Positions 57,601 to 64,000 of a stretch of DNA of 64,000 nt are shown one piece after another; positions within the stretch are counted from its first letter, which is position 1, and each line of letters opens with the position of its first letter. The position numbers and the translations under genes were made by a program. The notes under the pieces were generated by a model. It did not search any database. It saw nothing but the letters and a program-made list of their open reading frames with translations, and was not told where the DNA came from. The stretch is from Kiritimatiellia bacterium (lineage in GTDB: Bacteria; Verrucomicrobiota; Kiritimatiellia; RFP12; UBA1067), in assembly GCA_050949565.1 (NCBI GenBank), contig JBMNFY010000007.1:1-64000 (forward strand). Direction: 5' to 3'.

Positions 57601-59157
57601 GGCGGGTTGACATTGGTCGACGCGGACGCGGCGGCTGCGGCCACGAACGCGCTCGGGTACGGCGACGTTCTGCTCGGCACGAACACGTTGCGCGTCAGCG
57701 CGGATGTGCTGCTGCCGAACCACGTGTATGCACCGCTTGAAGGTGGATGCATATCGGTGGATGAAGGTGTGTGCGGAGCGGTGGCGGAACTGTCGGGTGG
57801 TTATCTGACCAAGCGCGGGGCTGGCGAATTGGTTGCCGATAACATCAAGGAGGGGAGCGACCTGAGTATCCAAGCCGGAACGGTCAAGGTGGAGCCGATC
57901 GCCGCGGTGGCAAAAGTGCCGGCAGGAGAGCCGGTGATCTGGATGGATGCGTCGGTCGCGGCGTCGTGCACGATGGCGACTTCGAATGAAGTCAGTCGCT
58001 GGTACGACCGGCGCACGCCTGGCAGCGACGACAATTTCTATGCAAGCGTTAAGTACAAACCGCCGCTGTGGGTTACCAATGCGCTGAACGGCCTGCCGGT
58101 GTTGGATTTCGGCAAGCTGGGGCAGAGTGGCCAAGTCAATGAGAATCGCATGCTGGAGTTCAAGAGTTATCAGGACAACATCCGTTCGGTCTTTTGGGTT
58201 ATCGGCAGTCGCAACGGCGGCGGTTTTCTGTTGGGGGACAGTAAAAACGACAGCGAGAGACGTCATTTCCATCGCGGCAGTCAGAGCGGGAGCTTTGGTG
58301 GTGTGCCCGGCGATTCCTTGTGGCATGCAGCGTCCGACAAAGGCGTGGTGCGCGCAGGCGAAACCTGGACCAACGGCATTCCGGTAAACGGTATGTCCTG
58401 TGGGCTGAGCGGTGGGTACGATCTGGTCTCGTGGCGGCTCTCCGAAGCCGACGATGCGGCTGGCAACGCGCCGGGCGCGATCTGGTTTGCCTCCTGTTAT
58501 GCACCAACCGACGGACGCCTCAACGGCGGACAGGAATTGGGCGAGGTGTTGATCTACACCAACCGGCTGAGTGAGGCGGAGCGGCTGGCGACGGAGCGCT
58601 ATCTGATGCGCAAGTGGTTCTCGCAGCATACGTCGGCGGGTTTGGCGCTGGGCACGGTGAGTCTGGATGGCGCGGGGGCGGGGTTTGTGAACGCCTATCC
58701 CGCTCCAGTCCGGATCGTTGAGCTGGTGGTGAATGCCGAGGATGTCTTTGTGACGGGTGTTCCCGGAAGCACGATCGCAGAACGAGTGACGGTGACGGCA
58801 TCCGGTGTTTTGGACGCGGCGCGGTTGACGGCGCTGGCTGCGGCCGAGTTGGTGATGCAGGAGCAGGCCACGCTGGCGGCGAGCCTCGATGCCAACGGCC
58901 AGGCTGTTGCGCTACACGTCGAGGGAGATGTCTCATTGCCCGTTGCGGCACGTTACACCGTGGGGCTCGGCGACGGCGTGCGACCTGCTTCGCGCACGTT
59001 GCTGGTCACTGCAGACGGCGCGATCGTCACACCTGGAGCGGCAACGACTTGGACGCGCACGGGAGGGCAGTCGGGCGCCTCGCGCGTGGTGGTCGATCCC
59101 GCCACGTCAACGATCTGGCTGTATTCGCCGCAAGGTACGGTAATGTTCTTACGCTAG
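54628..59157 (+). CDS. Large secreted protein with autotransporter-associated beta-strand repeats and a LamG-like domain, no beta-barrel
   Basis: Repeated L/VxKTGxGxLxL..NTYAGGTSI motifs; VIWMDAS..SRWYD..GEVLIYTNRLSEAER..YLMRKW; ends YSPQGTVMFLR. Confidence 0.85.
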   Translation: MNYKTLFLCVCVAASVVQAQTVLTYNGANDGDWFAANVWLDAASQPASWQDGAVAVITNRYVNLTTNATVYGLRVHLAAYTRFHGAGKMTIGAGGIVKTGSGEMNIRYQGGVHLTASQPWDAPDGGLICPDGLVKITAEDGVTITGGGRAVLRMNSGGALGASQMLHVKTNAHISMPASGSLGSPVVLLEGDGVRLSADANCMLNATRFGSRLIVRDGADLNGAACTLSLPKIEVDAPSFTTQVVSLATFTSLALGVAETELAVTAPAMLQMNAPLNDATDVSAALRKTGSGVLRLSRAGQFSGGLTVDNGWTELAHAAGAGTGPVTLAAGTTLELTGDGTVPNVISGDGCVVKSGATSVTLGGANTYAGGTSIAGGAVRVATPAGLGSGAVTVAEGAKLVLTASQTVVPAEVARIAGDGSVWAGAGAEVVWGADYMTGSTPALLAESGGIIEIGQLTGSGFVKTQPGTLRINGTTGYSGEIVVNEGVLDIGSTANLAAGVTVRTEGSGCVQLNGLAGQDLTRITGTRTVAFADGASVAVDTDTLTVGLSTVANQSWTAAPLSGSGDLVKTGPGTLVVANGTAFTGNVRVLQGELVATDALGSGSVTVSNGVFAARGADASLLNTFTVAGGELLADAGASLGAGTIQMLAGGVVAATNGGSLGSGSLALSAGRLRMDAGGSAGTRAVTLSNSGRIEVYDGAGFDQGASLTIGGGTLEFRATTTLNIGVTLTANTTFSANTSAGAQEAVTGTLAGFLTTTARSKVIVNGNARLRIAGGGSFISGGEIFVQSDGDLEIVSNKVTVTGYAGLESSGKRFAVADGGTFEMSNSGARLHAGHGSGNALFEVLTGGVFTAKSVVHVAMNGGDCTFRVNGGEAILEGNVGFECGNGSAASDGRIELLAGILRTSRQLTRGTGTGQVVFNGGTWVRDAAFAPNPWIASTIPLTVEAGGGQFVLNGAEGVLGSAGLSGTGLLQLTGGGALTFGAASPDWTGGLTLVDADAAAAATNALGYGDVLLGTNTLRVSADVLLPNHVYAPLEGGCISVDEGVCGAVAELSGGYLTKRGAGELVADNIKEGSDLSIQAGTVKVEPIAAVAKVPAGEPVIWMDASVAASCTMATSNEVSRWYDRRTPGSDDNFYASVKYKPPLWVTNALNGLPVLDFGKLGQSGQVNENRMLEFKSYQDNIRSVFWVIGSRNGGGFLLGDSKNDSERRHFHRGSQSGSFGGVPGDSLWHAASDKGVVRAGETWTNGIPVNGMSCGLSGGYDLVSWRLSEADDAAGNAPGAIWFASCYAPTDGRLNGGQELGEVLIYTNRLSEAERLATERYLMRKWFSQHTSAGLALGTVSLDGAGAGFVNAYPAPVRIVELVVNAEDVFVTGVPGSTIAERVTVTASGVLDAARLTALAAAELVMQEQATLAASLDANGQAVALHVEGDVSLPVAARYTVGLGDGVRPASRTLLVTADGAIVTPGAATTWTRTGGQSGASRVVVDPATSTIWLYSPQGTVMFLR

Positions 59158-59161
59158 AGGT

Positions 59162-59252
59162 TCTTGCAAACCCCCTCGTGGCATGGGCGTCCCGCCCATG
59201 AAACACGGGCAAGATGCCCGTGCCACACCTGTAAGCAAGGGGTTTTGCAAGA
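59162..59252 (+). repeat. ~90-bp TIR-bounded REP/MITE
   Basis: TCTTGCAAACCCCCT...AGGGGTTTTGCAAGA enclosing two hairpins. Confidence 0.9.
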
Positions 59253-59372
59253 CCTTCGCTAAGCGACCTGCCGCGGCTCTTACCCAATTTTGCATTGTGT
59301 CATTACCCGTAGAAGGGTACCATGGTGCTCTTATTTTCGTGATAGGTCTCTTGTGCGGGTAAAGGAGTTGAG

Positions 59373-59663
59373 GTGAGTCAAAAGATCGACGTGGCCGAAG
59401 TGGCAGAACAGGCCCGGATAGCGCTGACGCCGGAAGAAAAAAATACGTTTCAGCGGCAATTGGAATCGATCCTCAGCTATGCCGAAAGGATCGGCGAGCT
59501 GGATCTGGACGGGGTTGAGCCGACACTGCACGGCAACCCGCGTGTCAATGTGTTCCGTGATGACGTGGTGGTGCCTTCGGTCGGGCGCGACTGCTTTCTA
59601 AGTAATGCTCCGGAGCGGAATGACGCAGAGATCCGGTTGCCGAAAATCGTGGAAGATGCGTGA
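59373..59663 (+). CDS. gatC: Asp/Glu-tRNA amidotransferase subunit C
   Basis: VAEQARIAL..ILSY..GVEPT..NVFRDD..NAP..PKIVE; first gene of the operon. Confidence 0.9.
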   Translation: MSQKIDVAEVAEQARIALTPEEKNTFQRQLESILSYAERIGELDLDGVEPTLHGNPRVNVFRDDVVVPSVGRDCFLSNAPERNDAEIRLPKIVEDA

Positions 59664-59676
59664 GGGGTCGAACAAG

Positions 59677-61110
59677 ATGATCGGGAAGGAATTAACGCTT
59701 TGCGCGGCCACTGAAGGGCTGCGGCAGAAGACGTTTTCATCGGTTGAACTGACGCAGTCGGTTCTGGATGCGATCCGTGAAAAGGATGGCGAACTGAATG
59801 CCTATTTGAACGTTGATGAGGACGGGGCGTTGCAACAGGCGGCGGCGGCTGATGCGGCGCGTGCGGCGGGGCGCGACGGCGACCTGCTGGGCATTCCGTT
59901 GGCCTTGAAAGATGCGATCAGCGTGGCGGGGCAGCCCTGCTCCTGCGCGTCGAAGATGTTAGCCGATATGATTGCACCGTATGACGCCACGGTGTCGGCG
60001 CGGCTACGCGAGGCGGGCGTGGTCTTTGCGGGACGTACCAACATGGATGAGTTCTCCATGGGGGCGTCAACCGAGGGCTCGGCGTTCAAAATCACGCGTA
60101 ACCCGCATGACCACACGCGCGTCCCCGGCGGTTCGAGCGGCGGCTCGGCGGCGGTGGTGGCCGGCGGCATGGCGCTTGCGGCGCTCGGCACCGACACAGG
60201 CGGCTCAATTCGGCAGCCTGCCGCGTTCTGTGGCTGTGTGGGGCTCAAGCCCTCCTATGGCCGTGTCTCACGTTACGGTGTTGCGGCGTGTGCCTCGTCA
60301 ATGGATCAGGTGGGGCCCATGACTCGCACGGTCGAGGATGCGGCCTTGCTCTTGCAGGTGCTGGCGGGGGTTGACCCGCATGACGGCACTACGCTGGACG
60401 CGCCGGTCCCGGACTATCGGGCGGCGTTGCGCGACGGAATGGCGGGGATGCGGATCGGCTTGCCCCGTGAATATGACACCGGCGATATCGATCCCGAGGT
60501 GACGGCCTGTGTACGCCGGACCGTGGATGCTTGCGCAGCGGCGGGTGCGAAGATCGTGGAACTGAGTCTGCCGCACACGAAGTATGCGGTTGCGGCCTAT
60601 ACGATCTTGGCTGCGGCTGAGGCGTCGGCCAATTTGGCGCGGTTCGACGGGGTACGTTATGGACGCCGCGCAGCGAAGCCGGAATCGGTCTTCGATCTGT
60701 ACGCGCAGAGTCGTGCCGAGGGCTTTGGCCCAGAGGTCAAGCGGCGGATCATCCTAGGAACGTACGTGCTGGGTAGCGGACGTTATGATACCTATTACGG
60801 GCGTGCGCTGCGAGTGCGGACGCTCATCCGGCATGATTTTGACGAGGCGTTCAAACGGTGCGATGTGCTGTTCACGCCGGTGACGCCCACAGTGGCGTAC
60901 AAGATCGGCGAGGCATGCGACGATCCGCTCAAAATGTACCAGAGCGAAATGTTCACGGTGCCAGCCAGTCTGGCGGGAATTTGCGGACTTTCGATGCCGT
61001 GCGGCCGGACCACATCCGGGCTGCCCGTCGGTCTTCAGATCCTCGGACCAGTACTCGGCGAGTGTGCGGTGCTGCGGGCAGGACGGGCGGTGGAAATTGC
61101 GACGCGATGA
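59677..61110 (+). CDS. gatA: Asp/Glu-tRNA amidotransferase subunit A
   Basis: KD, TNMDEFSMG, PGGSSGGSAA, GTDTGGSIRQPA and GFGPEVKRRI. Confidence 0.95.
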   Translation: MIGKELTLCAATEGLRQKTFSSVELTQSVLDAIREKDGELNAYLNVDEDGALQQAAAADAARAAGRDGDLLGIPLALKDAISVAGQPCSCASKMLADMIAPYDATVSARLREAGVVFAGRTNMDEFSMGASTEGSAFKITRNPHDHTRVPGGSSGGSAAVVAGGMALAALGTDTGGSIRQPAAFCGCVGLKPSYGRVSRYGVAACASSMDQVGPMTRTVEDAALLLQVLAGVDPHDGTTLDAPVPDYRAALRDGMAGMRIGLPREYDTGDIDPEVTACVRRTVDACAAAGAKIVELSLPHTKYAVAAYTILAAAEASANLARFDGVRYGRRAAKPESVFDLYAQSRAEGFGPEVKRRIILGTYVLGSGRYDTYYGRALRVRTLIRHDFDEAFKRCDVLFTPVTPTVAYKIGEACDDPLKMYQSEMFTVPASLAGICGLSMPCGRTTSGLPVGLQILGPVLGECAVLRAGRAVEIATR

Positions 61111-62564
61111 ACAACGAGGCAAAAATGATTCCGTATTTGGTTACTATCGGTTTGGAGACGCACGTTCAGCTCAAGACCGCCACCAAGATGTTTTGCGGGT
61201 GCAGCCTGACTTTCGGCGAAGAGCCGAACACCACGGTTTGCCCGGTCTGCATGGGATATCCGGGCGCGCTGCCGGTACTCAACCGCGAGGCGGTTCGATT
61301 GACGGTTATCTCCGGTCTGATGTTGGGGTGCGAGATCAGCCGTCACAGCATCTTTGACCGCAAGAACTATTTTTATCCGGATATGTCGAAGGACTATCAG
61401 ATCACGCAGAACACCTATCCGCTTTGTCTGGGTGGCGGTGTCACGATCGAGACGCCAGAGGGACCGAAACGCATCCGTATCCACCACATCCACATGGAGG
61501 AGGATGCGGCGAAGATTAACCACTACGCTCGTTTTAGCGGGGTGGATTTCAACCGCTGCGGCACGCCCTTGATCGAGATCGTGTCCGAGCCTGATCTGGC
61601 CTCGCCGGACGAGGCGATGGCGTATCTCCATGCCCTCAAGCAGATCCTCGTGTATGCGGGAGTGAGCGACTGCAATCTGGAAGAGGGCAACATGCGGTCG
61701 GACGTGAACATCAGTGTGCGTCCCGCAGGTCAGGAACAGCTTGGGACGAAGGTGGAGATCAAGAACATGAACACCTTCAAGGGCATTCATGCGGCACTGG
61801 AGTATGAGATCGCGCGTCAGCTGGCCGTGGTCAGGGGCGGTGGAACACTGGTGCAGGAGACGCGGCGCTGGGATCCTGAACTGGGCGAAACGCAGTCGAT
61901 GCGCAGCAAAGAGGATGCGCTTGACTACCGCTATTTTCCTGAGCCGGACTTGGTGCCGGTTGAGCTGTCCGAGGCGCAGATCGATTCGTGGCGGGCGCAG
62001 TTGCCCGAGGCGCCGGCGGCGCGGCGCGCGCGCATGATGGCCGAGTACGGCATCCCCGAGTATGACGCGGGCGTGCTGGCTGACGTGAAGGAGAACGCTG
62101 ATTTCTTCGAGGCGGCGGCGCGGGCGTGCAAGCCCGAACTGGGCAAGATGGTGTCCAACTGGTTCATGACCGAAGTGATGCGGCTTCTTTCCGAATCAGG
62201 AGCGGGCGTGGACGCATGTGCGTTGACGCCTGCCGCGCTGGCGGAGTTGGTCACGCTGGTGGATGAAGGAGTGATCAACGGACCCACAGCCAAGGAACTG
62301 TTACCCGAAGTGTTCGCAAAGGGCGGTTCACCGCGCGCTATTGTTGACGAGCGTGGACTCGCGCAGGTGAGCGACGTGTCGATGCTGGAGGCGTTTATCG
62401 CTCAAGTATTTGCGGAAAACGCGAAGACGGTCGCAGATTTCCATGCCGGGAAAAAGGCGGCTGCTGGGTTCCTCGTGGGACAGGTGATGAAGTTGAGCAA
62501 GGGCAAGGCCGATCCGAAGCAGGTGGGCCGTTTGGTGGCCGAACGGCTGGCGGAGGGACAGTAG
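61107..62564 (+). CDS. gatB: Asp/Glu-tRNA amidotransferase subunit B
   Basis: IGLETHVQL, FDRKNYFYPD, HMEEDA and DYRYFPEPDL; ATGA overlap with gatA. Confidence 0.96.
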   Translation: MNNEAKMIPYLVTIGLETHVQLKTATKMFCGCSLTFGEEPNTTVCPVCMGYPGALPVLNREAVRLTVISGLMLGCEISRHSIFDRKNYFYPDMSKDYQITQNTYPLCLGGGVTIETPEGPKRIRIHHIHMEEDAAKINHYARFSGVDFNRCGTPLIEIVSEPDLASPDEAMAYLHALKQILVYAGVSDCNLEEGNMRSDVNISVRPAGQEQLGTKVEIKNMNTFKGIHAALEYEIARQLAVVRGGGTLVQETRRWDPELGETQSMRSKEDALDYRYFPEPDLVPVELSEAQIDSWRAQLPEAPAARRARMMAEYGIPEYDAGVLADVKENADFFEAAARACKPELGKMVSNWFMTEVMRLLSESGAGVDACALTPAALAELVTLVDEGVINGPTAKELLPEVFAKGGSPRAIVDERGLAQVSDVSMLEAFIAQVFAENAKTVADFHAGKKAAAGFLVGQVMKLSKGKADPKQVGRLVAERLAEGQ

Positions 62565-62573
62565 GGGGAGGCA

Positions 62574-62662
62574 CTTGCAAAACCCCTCGTGGCATGGGCG
62601 TCCCGCCCATGAAACACGGGCAAGATGCCCGTGCCACACCTGTAAACAAGGAGTTTTGCAAG
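62574..62662 (+). repeat. ~90-bp TIR-bounded REP/MITE
   Basis: Near-identical to 59162-59252. Confidence 0.9.
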
Positions 62663-62745
62663 ATCCTCGGGGACTATTGCGGCTTTCCCGCGAGCGATTT
62701 TTTTGGCAAACTCTTTCCTTCGTACGGCAAGCAAGGAGAACGACG

Positions 62746-64000
62746 GTGACTTCTAACGACGATTATGTGCTGCAGCTTCTACTAGAGCAAGGCTATGTGA
62801 CGGCCGACCAGATTGATGCGGTCGTGGGTTCAATCAGGCAGGAGGGCGAAACCTCGCTTGATATTTTGGTCCAAACGGGGGTCGTCTCTGAAGATGACGT
62901 GCTGGCCTTGGTTGCCGCGCAATTCGGTCTCGACTATGTGCACGTGAATGTAGACGCCATTGATCCGGCCGTCGTGGACCGGGTACCCAGTTCGGTCGCG
63001 CGCAAGTATGGCGTTGTTCCGGTCCTGGCCGATGAGGTGTCAGTGACCGTGGCGCTAAGCGATCCGATGGCGTACGATACCATCGACAGTCTGCGTTATG
63101 TGCTCAAGACTGACGTGCAGGCGGTGGTTGCGCCGCGCAGCGAAGTCAGAGAGGCGATGAACACTCTCTATCCCGAAGAGTTCGAAAGCATCTTCGGGGA
63201 GGACGATCCCAGTATTGACGTTGAGGAGAAGAAGACGGGCGACGATGGCTCGGACGCTAAAGACTCGGACGCCCCAGTCATTCGCCTCGTTAGTTTGCTC
63301 CTGACCGAGGCGGTCAAAATGCGTGCATCCGACATTCATCTGGAGCCGATGGAGCGTCATTTCCGTGTGCGTTACCGTATTGACGGCGTGCTGCGCGAGG
63401 TGGAGCGTCCGCCCAAACGCCTGCAGGCGGCGATCATCAGCCGCGTCAAGATCATGTCCAACATGAAGATCTCGGAAAAACGCGTGCCGCAGGACGGCCG
63501 TATCCAGATCAAGGTGCAAGGCCGCGATCTTGACCTGCGTGTCTCGTCGGTGCCGACCAACCACGGCGAGAGTATCGTCATGCGTATCTTGGACAAGAGC
63601 AATCTTGCGCTCGGCTTGCCCCAGCTCGGGTTCCTGTCGGATGACCAGAACAAGTTCGAGCGGCTGATCGGTCTGCCGGACGGCGTGCTGCTGGTGACCG
63701 GTCCGACCGGTTCCGGTAAGACCACTACGCTCTACGCGTGCTTGGGTCAGATCAACCTGCCGGATCGTAAGATCATCACCGTGGAAGACCCCGTGGAATA
63801 CCAGATGTCCGGCATCAATCAGGTGCAGGTGAACAGGGACGTGGGGCTTGACTTTTCGGCAGCGTTGCGTTCGATTTTGCGTCAGGCCCCGAATATTGTG
63901 ATGATCGGTGAAATTCGTGACCACGAAACTGCGGACATCGCAATGGAGGCAGCGCTGACCGGTCACTTGGTTTTCAGCACGCTGCACACCAATGACGCTC
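62746..64000 (+). CDS. Type IV pilus / type II secretion ATPase (PilB/GspE), 3'-truncated by window
   Basis: Not in the ORF track (no stop in window). Manual translation from GTG 62746 gives ASDIHLEP, RYRIDG, PQDGR, GPTGSGKTTT, TVEDPVE, IGEIRD and STLHTND. Confidence 0.93.
   Translation, partial: MTSNDDYVLQLLLEQGYVTADQIDAVVGSIRQEGETSLDILVQTGVVSEDDVLALVAAQFGLDYVHVNVDAIDPAVVDRVPSSVARKYGVVPVLADEVSVTVALSDPMAYDTIDSLRYVLKTDVQAVVAPRSEVREAMNTLYPEEFESIFGEDDPSIDVEEKKTGDDGSDAKDSDAPVIRLVSLLLTEAVKMRASDIHLEPMERHFRVRYRIDGVLREVERPPKRLQAAIISRVKIMSNMKISEKRVPQDGRIQIKVQGRDLDLRVSSVPTNHGESIVMRILDKSNLALGLPQLGFLSDDQNKFERLIGLPDGVLLVTGPTGSGKTTTLYACLGQINLPDRKIITVEDPVEYQMSGINQVQVNRDVGLDFSAALRSILRQAPNIVMIGEIRDHETADIAMEAALTGHLVFSTLHTNDA

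Noticed and set aside
63055-63987. 310-aa minus-strand ORF
   Set aside because: Antisense shadow of the PilB/GspE gene on the plus strand.

Overview
GC-rich bacterial chromosomal segment, probably from a PVC-superphylum polysaccharide degrader (Kiritimatiellota/Lentisphaerota-like; inferred from gene content only). Housekeeping genes: galK, phosphomannomutase, nrnA-like DHH, proBA, xylA-like, dusB-like, ABC1/UbiB kinase, gatCAB, a PilB/GspE ATPase cut by the window end, and tRNA-Thr(TGT). These alternate with many secreted CAZyme-like, LamG and Tat-exported Gfo/Idh/MocA proteins. Accessory features: (1) a GxxExxY PD-(D/E)XK-like gene inside a tandem array of ~100-bp hairpin units built from 9-bp sub-repeats, with related 9-mer motifs dispersed across the window; (2) many intergenic repeats (REP doublets, TIR-bounded MITEs, a ~330-bp modular mosaic element, and 7-mer tracts that supply the stop codons of five genes); (3) 191-bp near-perfect inverted repeats bracketing a 6-kb two-gene glycoside-hydrolase cassette; (4) a decayed integron-cassette-like cluster followed by higBA; (5) a shared C-terminal P-x-x-G-T-h-h-h-L-[RQ] motif on three exported proteins, one an autotransporter-like passenger with no beta-barrel; (6) a LamG pseudogene; (7) a protein with a circularly permuted internal duplication. 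All family assignments are by-eye motif recognition; no searches were run.
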